From a virus (lineage: Duplodnaviria > Caudoviricetes): a DNA stretch of 64,000 nt. Below are positions 42,059 to 51,374 of this stretch, in pieces. The notes beneath the pieces were generated by a model that ran no database searches, was not told the origin of the DNA, and saw only the letters and a list, made by a program, of their open reading frames with translations. The stretch covers positions 638-64,637 of the IMG/VR virus record IMGVR_UViG_3300037847_005729, one strand, 5' to 3'. The position numbers were made by a program, and so were the translations under genes. Positions within the stretch are counted from its first letter, which is position 1. Each line of letters opens with the position of its first letter.

Positions 42059-42523
42059 ATGTACTCCTTTAGACTATATAATAAAACAGACTTTGAAAAA
42101 ATTTTAAATATTTTTTTTAAATTTCAAATGTCTGCTAAAATTAAATCAATGTATGGCGATTATACCCACAAATCACCAATGATGATGTACTCTTACTTGA
42201 GGGATAAACTTTCCTTACTAATTAAAGAATCTAATGATATTTATGTGGGAACAATAGATGATGAGCCTTTTGGAATCGTGTTTTTTAAGGGCGATGTGTT
42301 AACTTTAGTGTTTAAAAAGGTTGATTTACCCTTTAACACCAACGTAAAAAAGGTTTTATTAGGTATAATATCAGATTATAAGAGCAAAACAGGGTCAAAA
42401 GTCTACGCTTACCTAACAAAAAGAGAAAAATTTGATAAATATATTGAATTTATGAAAAAAAAGTTTGACATTTCCGTAAAAGGGGTAGATAATTTTGGTA
42501 AAGTAATAATAGAATTTTTATAA
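42059..42523 (+). CDS. Hypothetical protein (possible GNAT-like fold)
   Basis: 154-aa ORF divergent from L. Confidence 0.5.
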   Translation: MYSFRLYNKTDFEKILNIFFKFQMSAKIKSMYGDYTHKSPMMMYSYLRDKLSLLIKESNDIYVGTIDDEPFGIVFFKGDVLTLVFKKVDLPFNTNVKKVLLGIISDYKSKTGSKVYAYLTKREKFDKYIEFMKKKFDISVKGVDNFGKVIIEFL

Positions 42524-42524
42524 T

Positions 42525-42725
42525 ATGTCAGATAAATGGGAAGGTAGTCAGTGGACAAAGAATCAAAAAGGTGCAATTTGGGCAAAACAATCCAAAAATG
42601 GTAAATTTATGTCTGGATATATCAAAATTGGAGATACAGAACACAAAATTGTTATATTCCCAAACAAATATAAAAAAAGTAAAGATCAGCCAGAATTTAT
42701 TGTGTACGAACCATTCAAAAATTAG
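42525..42725 (+). CDS. Small basic protein (DUF736-like)
   Basis: GAIW, FMSG.I, PNK.K....P; TTGACA-N17-GATAAT upstream at 42465. Confidence 0.55.
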   Translation: MSDKWEGSQWTKNQKGAIWAKQSKNGKFMSGYIKIGDTEHKIVIFPNKYKKSKDQPEFIVYEPFKN

Positions 42726-42739
42726 TGTAAATAACACTA

Positions 42740-44539
42740 ATGGCAGAAAATCCACACGCATTAGAGAAGGATATTAAAGGAACTTTTGATAAAGACTTAC
42801 TTACGGGTAAATTTTTCAATAGTCTTTCGGATAGAATTGTACAGTTGACGGGCTCGTTTTCGACAACCGATCACGCTACATTACCAATTTACGAAAAAAT
42901 AGTACAACAGTATTACAAAAAACTAGAGTCTTTAGGGCTTACTGGGTTTCAAGTTGATACAAATATAAATGCTGGATTTAGACCTATTGGTATTACTGGA
43001 TTTTTAGACCAAGTAGAAAACGAGCTGTTGTTTAACTTCTTTGGTGGTGAGAATAATGCTTATATTTACTCTACAACACTGGTTAATTTAGATTATACTG
43101 GTTATGCGATGAGATTGCAAAGAGAGTATGATTACTGCCAAGTAGATGTAAAATATGATGCCAATGGTAAAGTCAGTTTAAATTCAGAGTGTGTTCAAGT
43201 ACCAAGTGGAGGTATGATGGGAGGCTTTGGGTTCGGCACTGGTATTATTGCAGGGGCTAGTGATACACTAAGCGGGTTTATTGGTATTGCTGAAGTTTTA
43301 GACAATCCCATGGTTTCTCCTGGAAATACAACACATGACATAAATCCAGCACAATATGATGTAGCTATTGTTAGATGGTATGATCAAGGTGGCACAGTTA
43401 CAGATGGAAGCAGTGATTTAACTGGTACTGTTTGGTCTGGCACAACAGATCTTCAATTAAGTAATTTTGCTGGAGGCGCTTATGATAATTATTTAGAAAC
43501 AGTCAATCAAACTAACCCTTGGGAAATTATTTATGGACAAACAGGTGCCACTAGTACCAATGTAATATACCCAGTTTATTATAGAGAAGATTCTGATACC
43601 CATTCATTTTTTAAACAAAATATTATAGCACCAAGGCAATTTGGAGCCAATTCTCCTTTTGGTCTTCGTTGGTGTTTTTTAAATGCAGGCAGTATATCTG
43701 ATGCTAAAAGTTGGCATATAGGTAAAGGCGCTTCTGACATAAAATATCAAGGAAATTCTAATGACGTTATTACAACTGGCACAACTAACAAACCTATGGG
43801 CGTGGCAAACTGGCGAATTAAAAAAACTGGTCCAGGAAACAATGGTCCTTTTGATAGTTCTGTAGATGCAAGCTGGTTTAATCAACAAATAGAAGATAGA
43901 CCTTTAATTAGGGTTGGTAACGAAAAAACAGGTGCTTTTGTAGATGGAACTTATTTACCCAGTGCTTTAAATGATTCTGAGTTAGTTGGTTTTGAACAAG
44001 ACGGAAATGGCAGTAAACTTAAGTCTGTTGCAAGCATACCATTTAAAGGCCAAGGAACAATATCTATTGCTTATAAATTAGATTCTATTCCTTTGGGTGC
44101 CGAAACTATTTTTACTATTGGTAATAGTCCAGAGAGTTACCAAGCCAGTGTTCTAAGTAATCCTACATTTGCAGTATTTGGGTCAATTGCACCAGGAGCA
44201 GATCAAAGCACCGTTATTCATTTTAGTGGCGATGCGACCAATACAATTATAGGCGATGATTTCACACGCACTACAGGTTTTCAACATCTCGTTATGACTG
44301 CTGATGCCGATGGCACTAGTTATTACATTGCGTCTGGTGATTCTATTGCATTTGATAATACTGGATTTTTAGGGACAGGAGTTTTAAATGTTGGTTTTGG
44401 CACAAATACTACTAATGCTTCAGATTATCAAGGATTTATACCAGAAATAATGATTTTTGATTCAGACCCAAAGAGTGATGATAATGAAAAGATAAGATTT
44501 ACTGGAGGCGTTCACGAAAGATTCAATACATTAGATTAA
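42740..44539 (+). CDS. Putative virion protein with concanavalin/LamG-like domain
   Basis: Gly/Thr-rich, RWYDQ.G, W.NQ....PL, G.I.EI.IF; preceded by GTGTAA motif. Confidence 0.6.
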   Translation: MAENPHALEKDIKGTFDKDLLTGKFFNSLSDRIVQLTGSFSTTDHATLPIYEKIVQQYYKKLESLGLTGFQVDTNINAGFRPIGITGFLDQVENELLFNFFGGENNAYIYSTTLVNLDYTGYAMRLQREYDYCQVDVKYDANGKVSLNSECVQVPSGGMMGGFGFGTGIIAGASDTLSGFIGIAEVLDNPMVSPGNTTHDINPAQYDVAIVRWYDQGGTVTDGSSDLTGTVWSGTTDLQLSNFAGGAYDNYLETVNQTNPWEIIYGQTGATSTNVIYPVYYREDSDTHSFFKQNIIAPRQFGANSPFGLRWCFLNAGSISDAKSWHIGKGASDIKYQGNSNDVITTGTTNKPMGVANWRIKKTGPGNNGPFDSSVDASWFNQQIEDRPLIRVGNEKTGAFVDGTYLPSALNDSELVGFEQDGNGSKLKSVASIPFKGQGTISIAYKLDSIPLGAETIFTIGNSPESYQASVLSNPTFAVFGSIAPGADQSTVIHFSGDATNTIIGDDFTRTTGFQHLVMTADADGTSYYIASGDSIAFDNTGFLGTGVLNVGFGTNTTNASDYQGFIPEIMIFDSDPKSDDNEKIRFTGGVHERFNTLD

Positions 44540-44541
44540 TT

Positions 44542-45618
44542 ATGAAACTAGAAAATAAATTTGTTATACTGACTTCATTTTATAATTGTGAAGATTACGT
44601 AGCTACCTGTATAGATGGTACTTTAAATCAGACATATACTGACTTAGGGGTTATATTTATCAACGATGCTTCGGAGGATTCTTCAGAGGATGTTTTATTT
44701 GCTAAAATAACTGGCTTAACAGAAACAAGTGCTAATTTTTTCTCTGGTCAACAAAATGGAAAAGATATTTTCTACATTAGAAATCAAGAAAGAGTTCAAT
44801 CTCCAGCAGTAAATCAAAAAAATGCTGTCGATAATTATATAAAAGACACTGGTACAATTTGTGGTATTGTTGACGGAGACGACCACTTACATAGCCCAAA
44901 AGCAGTTTCATACGTTATGGAAAATATGCAACCACAGCACTTGATGTATCAATCAACACAAAAGTTTGCGTACGCAGATGGAGGAGCTAAATGTTATAGG
45001 ATTAGTAACAAACCACGAGGTCCAGAGCATTTTAACCAACCAATTGTTATAGATGGAGTTACATACACTACAAATATGAGAGTGCCAGAATTAAGAGAGC
45101 AAGGTTGGCATATGAACCACTTTAGAGCTTTTAGAAAAATACTTTCTGATAACGTTAATACAGGTAGAAGTTTTTATAATCCAACAGGCGAGTTAATTAA
45201 ACCAGGAAATGATGTTGCCTATTTTATGCCAATGCAAGATATGGCTGGAGCAGACAGAGTTGTTACAACTGAAGCTTGCCATTACAGTTATAATTGGGAT
45301 ATCCCACACAACGACCACTATATATATAAAGATAAGCAAGCAAGAGAGGCTGAGTATGTCACACGTGCACTTTCTGGAGTTAAATATGCAAAAGGAACTG
45401 GAGAACTTGATAGCATACTTGATTGGGCTAACGATGCTACAGGGATGAGAAAAATCTACGAAGGTCAAGGTAAATATTTTTACTTTACAGGTACAGAGCA
45501 ATTTGTTTCTGGGGTTAGAGAAGATGGTAAAACAGGTTACTTAATGTTTTATGAAACATCTAGATATCCAGATGGTTCTACTGGTTGCTCTACACCATAT
45601 GATAGATTAGAAATATAA
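44542..45618 (+). CDS. GT2-like glycosyltransferase
   Basis: SFYNCEDY, NQTY, INDASED, VDGDD, HFRAFR. Confidence 0.75.
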   Translation: MKLENKFVILTSFYNCEDYVATCIDGTLNQTYTDLGVIFINDASEDSSEDVLFAKITGLTETSANFFSGQQNGKDIFYIRNQERVQSPAVNQKNAVDNYIKDTGTICGIVDGDDHLHSPKAVSYVMENMQPQHLMYQSTQKFAYADGGAKCYRISNKPRGPEHFNQPIVIDGVTYTTNMRVPELREQGWHMNHFRAFRKILSDNVNTGRSFYNPTGELIKPGNDVAYFMPMQDMAGADRVVTTEACHYSYNWDIPHNDHYIYKDKQAREAEYVTRALSGVKYAKGTGELDSILDWANDATGMRKIYEGQGKYFYFTGTEQFVSGVREDGKTGYLMFYETSRYPDGSTGCSTPYDRLEI

Positions 45619-45623
45619 TAATT

Positions 45624-46181
45624 TTGAATAGTTTAGCCGTTTTTATAGCCAAAAATAATTTAAATATCATTGAAGGCAAAATTTATTCTGAGCAAAAAAG
45701 AAAGATATCAGAATTATTAAAAAATAATAAAAAAATTAATAATATCTTAGAGATCGGCTTTAATGCAGGTCACTCAGCTGATTTTTTTCTTTCGCAAAGA
45801 GATGATATCAAGGTAACATCTGTTGATATAAACAAACATAACTATGTAATTCCTTGCTCAAACTATATTTCTACCAAGTATCCAGATAGACATAATTTAA
45901 TTTTAGGTGATTCCAGAGAGGTTTTGCCCCAAATAAAAGAAAAGTTTGATTTTATTTTTATAGATGGTGGTCACGACGACGATATTCCAGAAAAAGATAT
46001 AATAAATTGTAGAAAATTGTCAAAAAAACATACAATAGTTATGTTAGATGATTATGAATGTTATCACGGTGCAAATGTTGTTAAAGCTTTTGATAAACTT
46101 GTTAAAGAAGATTTTGTTATAGAATCAGAAATACCATTTCGTTACGGAACGAGAGGTTGGGTTTTGTATAAATATGTGTAA
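45624..46181 (+). CDS. SAM-dependent methyltransferase (Methyltransf_24-like)
   Basis: LEIGFNAGHS, GDS, FDFIFIDGGH, DD. Confidence 0.85.
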   Translation: MNSLAVFIAKNNLNIIEGKIYSEQKRKISELLKNNKKINNILEIGFNAGHSADFFLSQRDDIKVTSVDINKHNYVIPCSNYISTKYPDRHNLILGDSREVLPQIKEKFDFIFIDGGHDDDIPEKDIINCRKLSKKHTIVMLDDYECYHGANVVKAFDKLVKEDFVIESEIPFRYGTRGWVLYKYV

Positions 46182-46189
46182 AATTAATT

Positions 46190-46432
46190 ATGAAAGGGAA
46201 TATAAAGGTAGTTGGAACAAATAAAGGCATGAATAGATTAGCTAAATTGTCTGGAGAAGCCGAAATAACTCACAAATTCCACCAACTTTACCTAATAAAG
46301 TTCCAAAACGAAGTTTTTAACGCAGAAATAAACAAATTTATTATTGGAGACGACTGCATGGAGTTTGAAGCTTGGATTGGTGGAGAAGATAAAAATTACG
46401 GTAAAATAGCTTTTCAGTTCACACCAAATTGA
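46190..46432 (+). CDS. Hypothetical protein
   Basis: 80 aa, preceded by GTGTAA-N8-ATG. Confidence 0.65.
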   Translation: MKGNIKVVGTNKGMNRLAKLSGEAEITHKFHQLYLIKFQNEVFNAEINKFIIGDDCMEFEAWIGGEDKNYGKIAFQFTPN

Positions 46433-46471
46433 AAAATTTCCAAATAAACTTAGTATAGTGTAAATGAAATT

Positions 46472-46957
46472 ATGTTTGGACTTGTCACGATGCTATTATC
46501 GACACTTGGGGCGACTGGGATGGGCAGTATGCTTAAGATTCTTGGTGGCGCTTTTCAAGGCATTTCAGAGTCTAGAGCTGCGAAAGAACGTCGTGAGCTT
46601 ATTAGAGACATGCAAATCCGTGGAATGGACATCGAGTTTCAAAAAATGCTCATTGGTGAAACTGACAAAGATACTGGCATGTTTACTCGTGCTACTCGTC
46701 GTCTTATCGCTTTTATGGGGATGCTCAACTTTGCAATCATCTCGATACTCTGCACCCTCTACCCTGGAGTCACTCTCGTCACCTTCACCCCCCCAGAAAA
46801 TAAAGAGCCAACCGAAATCCTCTGGGGACTCATTACTTTCCCGAGTGGAGCAGATATTACCACCAGTATTACGACGGGACACATCTCTCTTGTTGCAATC
46901 ACCACTTTGGGGGCAATCATTGGATTCTATTTCACACCAGGAGGACGCAAAGGATGA
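46472..46957 (+). CDS. Membrane protein (holin-like)
   Basis: Two to three hydrophobic helices, coiled linker, basic C-terminus; GTGTAA-N8-ATG. Confidence 0.55.
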   Translation: MFGLVTMLLSTLGATGMGSMLKILGGAFQGISESRAAKERRELIRDMQIRGMDIEFQKMLIGETDKDTGMFTRATRRLIAFMGMLNFAIISILCTLYPGVTLVTFTPPENKEPTEILWGLITFPSGADITTSITTGHISLVAITTLGAIIGFYFTPGGRKG

Positions 46958-47046
46958 CAACAACAGTAATTAATGAGGAAACTATGCAAAAGCTCCGTGA
47001 AAAAGCAGAAGAGCTCGCCAAAAAATATGAAGCCAAATAAAACATT

Positions 47047-47331
47047 ATGATAGGAGATATACTAAACTTTGTAGAACAAATAGGGATTCCAATTGCAAGT
47101 GCATTAGCAGTTGGTTGGTTTTTGTTTATTATACTTAAATTTTTATTAGCACAAGTGACAGATAGAATTGATGGCATTTCAAAATCTTTATTGTCGCTTG
47201 AAAATAAAGTAGATGTAATGAACAACGATATTGTTAAGATTGATGCACAATTTTCGTGTGCGTTCGGTTGCGAGCCAAATATAGATAGAATTGCGGCAAG
47301 CGAAGGTAAAGAAGACGCCCGTGACGATTAA
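47047..47331 (+). CDS. Single-TM coiled-coil membrane protein (paralog of 48321)
   Basis: IGIPIA..GWFLF then heptad region ending NDIVKI. Confidence 0.65.
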   Translation: MIGDILNFVEQIGIPIASALAVGWFLFIILKFLLAQVTDRIDGISKSLLSLENKVDVMNNDIVKIDAQFSCAFGCEPNIDRIAASEGKEDARDD

Positions 47332-48070
47332 TTTTGACATTTCTAAATTCGATGAATTAGGTTATGTTGTTGTTAAGGATTTTCTTGATACCGATGACTA
47401 TAATAGTTTATTAGAAGTCGCTAATAAATATTATCAACAATCATTAGATTTAACCGAAGACCAAGAGGTTGTAGGAGACAGAGGCAAAGGTTTGTTTAGA
47501 CTCAATTCTCCAAGAAATATGAATAAAATAGAAGGTGCTTGCAACTTTTCTAAAGATTTTTTTAATCTCAGTAATAATCGCACTTTAACACAAACTGCTA
47601 GAAAAATAATGGATACTGATGATAATATAGATGTATACATTTCTAAATTTTTTCCAATGATACCTAATGTAGGCATATCAACTTTAATGCACCAAGATAA
47701 TTTTTATTTCAAAGGTGACCAAAAACAATGCGTAAGTTGTGCTATCTATCTACAAGACACAAATAAAGAAAATGGTTGTTTGAGGGTTGTGCCAAGTTCA
47801 CACAAAAAAGGTATAAAGGCACACACTATAAAATCCGATATTAAAGGTTTACATTGGATTGACGAATCTAAGATAAGGGGAGAAATACTAGATTTAGAGT
47901 TAGATGCTCCTTACGCTGTATTTTTCAATATAAATTTGATACACGGGTGCTACGAAAATAAATCTAATAGAACTAGATTTAGTTTAGCGTGGGAATACAT
48001 AAAAAGCAAATATACAAATGTACCTAGCAACGAGGGTATTTGGTGCGACAGAAACACATGCCTTACTTAA
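47321..48070 (+). CDS. Phytanoyl-CoA dioxygenase (PhyH) family 2OG-Fe(II) oxygenase
   Basis: F...GYVV, HQD, ENGCL.VVP.SH, IHG..N.S..R; likely GTG start at 47321. Confidence 0.88.
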   Translation: MTINFDISKFDELGYVVVKDFLDTDDYNSLLEVANKYYQQSLDLTEDQEVVGDRGKGLFRLNSPRNMNKIEGACNFSKDFFNLSNNRTLTQTARKIMDTDDNIDVYISKFFPMIPNVGISTLMHQDNFYFKGDQKQCVSCAIYLQDTNKENGCLRVVPSSHKKGIKAHTIKSDIKGLHWIDESKIRGEILDLELDAPYAVFFNINLIHGCYENKSNRTRFSLAWEYIKSKYTNVPSNEGIWCDRNTCLT

Positions 48071-48141
48071 CATACAAATTTGTCACCGAATACTTTGAGA
48101 CCAAATAAGGTTATTTAACGATTGAATAGTGTAATTTATAT

Positions 48142-48312
48142 ATGGACGAACAATGGCAATTTAATCGCATTTGGGAAAAAATGCAGAAGCGAGTAGATGA
48201 TTTAGAGCGAAAAGTCTATTGGTTAGAGAAATTTAAACAAGAAACAGAAAAAAAAGAGTATATAAGAGCAAATAAAGAAAATATTTTAGAAAAAAAACAA
48301 AATAAATTATAA
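48142..48312 (+). CDS. Small coiled-coil protein, not in ORF track
   Basis: 56-aa ORF MDEQWQFNRIW... preceded by GTGTAA-N7-ATG. Confidence 0.6.
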   Translation: MDEQWQFNRIWEKMQKRVDDLERKVYWLEKFKQETEKKEYIRANKENILEKKQNKL

Positions 48313-48320
48313 TAAATAAT

Positions 48321-48599
48321 ATGAGTGGATATGAATTTCAACATTGGGCAGATGTAATTGCCAAGTTCGGATTCTCGCTAATAGCGTTAATCGGTCTAGG
48401 ATTCTTTGTGTGGCACATTTGGAAATGGGTTACAACAAAAGTAAATCCTGCTTTGGGTGATGTGGGTGCTTCATTGGGAAAGCTAAAGAAGCAAATACAA
48501 TCATTAGATAATGATATGATAAGACTGAATATGAAACTTAAGATTCTTATTCAAGAGCGTCACATTACCGACAAACATAAAGACTCAGATGAAGTCTAA
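48321..48599 (+). CDS. Single-TM coiled-coil membrane protein (paralog of 47047)
   Basis: FGFSLIA..GFFVW then heptad region ending NDMIRL. Confidence 0.65.
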   Translation: MSGYEFQHWADVIAKFGFSLIALIGLGFFVWHIWKWVTTKVNPALGDVGASLGKLKKQIQSLDNDMIRLNMKLKILIQERHITDKHKDSDEV

Positions 48600-48641
48600 A
48601 AATCGCTCACAAATAAATAAAATCGCAAATAAGTATATACA

Positions 48642-48923
48642 ATGGAATTATTAACAAACCCACTAACTTGGCTCGTAGTTGCAATCATTGGTGTTGCAAT
48701 CTATGAAACCAAAAAGAGCAAAAATTGCTCAACGAAGTCGTGTGATGCAAATAAGACATCATACACGAATAAGCCGACTTATGCAAATTCGGGCTTACCG
48801 AAGCAAAAAACTGCTTCTACACCAAAGAAGAAAGCAACTAAAAAGACTGCCAAGAAAAAGGTAGCTAAGAAAAGGGTTGCCAAGAAAACGACTACTAAAA
48901 AGAGTAGTGCTACAAAAAATTAA
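48642..48923 (+). CDS. Membrane-anchored protein with histone H1-like Lys/Ala/Thr tail
   Basis: N-terminal TM, then KKKATKKTAKKKVAKKRVAKKTTTKK. Confidence 0.65.
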   Translation: MELLTNPLTWLVVAIIGVAIYETKKSKNCSTKSCDANKTSYTNKPTYANSGLPKQKTASTPKKKATKKTAKKKVAKKRVAKKTTTKKSSATKN

Positions 48924-48938
48924 AAAATTTTAAAAAAA

Positions 48939-49052
48939 ATGGATATTATCAGTTTTTTAATCGTATTCTTTGTTGGATATTTTGTTGGTAAGAAATGTTG
49001 TCTTTTAAGTAAAGCACAAGGTCTTATCAGTAAAATTATCGGAAAAAAGTAA
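48939..49052 (+). CDS. Small membrane protein, not in ORF track
   Basis: 37 aa MDIISFLIVFFVGYFVGKKCC... Confidence 0.5.
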   Translation: MDIISFLIVFFVGYFVGKKCCLLSKAQGLISKIIGKK

Positions 49053-49068
49053 AAAAAAATTTTTCATA

Positions 49069-49093
49069 TAAGTTGTTTGTTTTCAACTACTTA
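49069..49093. repeat. Solitary 25-bp palindromic element (IHF-like)
   Basis: TAAGTTGTTT-GTTTT-CAACTACTTA; matches the repeat family at 58.8-63.9 kb. Confidence 0.65.
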
Positions 49094-49095
49094 CG

Positions 49096-49126
49096 AAATC
49101 GTCTCTGAAAAGAGGCGATTTTTTTT
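49096..49126 (+). terminator. Rho-independent terminator
   Basis: AAATCGTCTCT-GAAA-AGAGGCGATTT plus T-run. Confidence 0.85.
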
Positions 49127-49137
49127 GTGTTTTCGGT

Positions 49138-49166
49138 TTGACATATCAGAATTTTATGTATCTAAT
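49138..49166 (+). promoter_or_regulatory. sigma70-type early promoter, leaderless geometry
   Basis: TTGACA-N17-TCTAAT-N7-ATG(49174). Confidence 0.65.
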
Positions 49167-49173
49167 CGGCACT

Positions 49174-51318
49174 ATGATTATTAAATCCAATAACAAAAAC
49201 ATTACCAAATCAGCAGACTTTAAAGAAAAGTCTTGTTCGATTGACCAAGAGGATATGCGATATATCGCTTCTCTTTTACGGAACAATTATTCTAATCCGT
49301 TGTTAGCTACCATTCGTGAGATTATTGCAAATGCACTTGATGTTACTAAAAGCGAAAAGGTAGATATTCAATTACCAACCCAAATTGAACCAAACTTTAT
49401 AGTACGAGATTTTGGGTGTGGTTTGAGTGAGGAAGATATGCTTGGTCTTTATACTAAGTATGGCAAGTCAACCAAGCGTGACTCCAACGAATCAATCGGT
49501 GGTTTCGGCATTGGGCGATTCGCACCTTTATCGTACACAGATTCTTTTATTGTAAGGTCAGTACACCAAGGTCACAAACATTCCTATATTATAAGAGTGG
49601 ACGAACAAGACGATACTATTGTTTCACAGATTGAAAGTCAGCCAACTAAAGAAGCTGATGGAATCTATGTGCAAGTAGGAATCAAAAAAGATGACATTGA
49701 AGAATTTTTTAAAATTTTTAAAAAAACTTGGTGGTATCGTAAAGATGATATTAAACTACTCAATGAAGATTGGGGCGATTTAACATTAGGCGAAGCACAA
49801 GAATCCAATGATGTATTTGATTTGTATAAAGAGAATAGTTATTGGCAAGATGTTGCTCACTATGGAGACGAGCCTTATGTTCTTATGGGTGGTATTCCAT
49901 ACAAAGTAAACCAAGATGACGAATGGTTTATGTTTAAAAAAGGTCTTGTTTACAAAGCAGAGATTGGCGAGTTCAAGTTGCACCATAGTCGTGAGACATT
50001 GGAGTACAACCCACAAGTCAAACAAGCTCTCAAGAAAGCATCAGATAAGATATTCGCCAAGCTCGCTGAAACATTGGGCAGTCAAATGGACAAAGCCAAT
50101 ACTTTCTATGAAGCTAGTGAGATTATGTATAAAGCTATGGAAACTTACAGACAGAGATTTGGTGCAAAGCTCAAAATTTCTTCTAAGAAGTTTAAAGATG
50201 TAAATGGTGTTTTGTTTCCTAAAGATTGGATTGCCAAAGAAACCCACATTACCACTAGAGAAAATGGTAACTTGAGTTTTTCTCATTCAAGATATACCTA
50301 CAATGAAAACGAACCAAGAGAAGATACAATCTATATTGTTGATGATTATCCAAGTCCTCGCTCTCCAAAGTCAAGATGTTTATTCCTGCACCTTTGGGAA
50401 AAAGAAAATCTTAAAGATGGTAACAAAGGTAAGATTATCCTTATCAATTCAGAGGGTATGAAAGCCGATAGTATTGATGGCACATACGATACCCAAGCGT
50501 TGTGTGTTCAGCGAGTCAAAGATTGTAACCACCCAAATGTCAAACTGCTATCAGAGTGCGAGCGAATCATTGCACCACAGAGAGCTAGGAAGAAAGGTAA
50601 TGTTAAATCTTTATCAGCTATGGATATTCTAAAGTTTGATTATAGAAACACCCATCACGAGTGGGCAAACCTAGACACCTATTGGGGAATAGACAAAGAT
50701 GAAGATTTTGATGACGATAGTAAGACATTCTATTATGTTAATTACTATGCGAACAAAATTACTTTTGAGCCTTACAGAAAATACCTTGGTGCAGATGGCG
50801 AAGTTGAAATTAATCCTTATATGTTCCATAAGAATTTTTTACAAAACATTCCTAGTTTCAAAGAAAACATTTGGGGTGTTCGTAAAAACCTAAAGAGTCG
50901 AATCGAGAAAAGGGATAATTGGATTTGCTTAGATGATGTCTATGAAGATTTGGTCAAGCAAGACGAGGGTGTTCAAAACTATGTTAAGTGGTACGAAGAG
51001 CGAGAGCTTTTTGATGGGTACGACAAAACCTTGATGGAAGATATTGCTAAGTTTCCAAAAGATAACCTTAATGAAATTTTAAAAAATTTATTAAAAAATT
51101 ATAATGCTTGGAGAACAAAACAATCAAAAGTCTACAATCAAAATTATAATCACGACTATGTGATGGAAAGACTCAAGCCACAGAAGTTAAGTGGCGAATC
51201 ATTAGCGAGGAAGCGAGCTTTCGACAAAGCGTTTCCTATGGCAAAGTATTGCCTTGAGGGTTGCAGTAGTGACAAAGCAACAAGTATTTCTGATGTGTTA
51301 GCGTATATCGGAGAGTAG
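49174..51318 (+). CDS. rIIA: rIIA-like protein (GHKL ATPase N-terminus)
   Basis: YSN...IREI.ANALD, RDFG.GL, YGKSTK..SN..IGGFGIG, SRE.L.Y; rIIB-like gene downstream. Confidence 0.8.
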   Translation: MIIKSNNKNITKSADFKEKSCSIDQEDMRYIASLLRNNYSNPLLATIREIIANALDVTKSEKVDIQLPTQIEPNFIVRDFGCGLSEEDMLGLYTKYGKSTKRDSNESIGGFGIGRFAPLSYTDSFIVRSVHQGHKHSYIIRVDEQDDTIVSQIESQPTKEADGIYVQVGIKKDDIEEFFKIFKKTWWYRKDDIKLLNEDWGDLTLGEAQESNDVFDLYKENSYWQDVAHYGDEPYVLMGGIPYKVNQDDEWFMFKKGLVYKAEIGEFKLHHSRETLEYNPQVKQALKKASDKIFAKLAETLGSQMDKANTFYEASEIMYKAMETYRQRFGAKLKISSKKFKDVNGVLFPKDWIAKETHITTRENGNLSFSHSRYTYNENEPREDTIYIVDDYPSPRSPKSRCLFLHLWEKENLKDGNKGKIILINSEGMKADSIDGTYDTQALCVQRVKDCNHPNVKLLSECERIIAPQRARKKGNVKSLSAMDILKFDYRNTHHEWANLDTYWGIDKDEDFDDDSKTFYYVNYYANKITFEPYRKYLGADGEVEINPYMFHKNFLQNIPSFKENIWGVRKNLKSRIEKRDNWICLDDVYEDLVKQDEGVQNYVKWYEERELFDGYDKTLMEDIAKFPKDNLNEILKNLLKNYNAWRTKQSKVYNQNYNHDYVMERLKPQKLSGESLARKRAFDKAFPMAKYCLEGCSSDKATSISDVLAYIGE

Positions 51319-51326
51319 TAATCATA

Positions 51327-51358
51327 GTCGGCTAGGAGTGTGGTAGTTCCTAGCCGAC
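51327..51358 (+). other. Intergenic hairpin (11-bp perfect stem)
   Basis: GTCGGCTAGGA-N10-TCCTAGCCGAC. Confidence 0.7.
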
Positions 51359-51374
51359 ACAATTTTTAAACATT

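Noticed and set aside
49138-49173. ORF-track TTG start for rIIA, and similar extended starts at 57393, 59795, 61544, 61866 and 63857
   Set aside because: The extensions run through promoter elements; the downstream ATGs fit the promoter geometry
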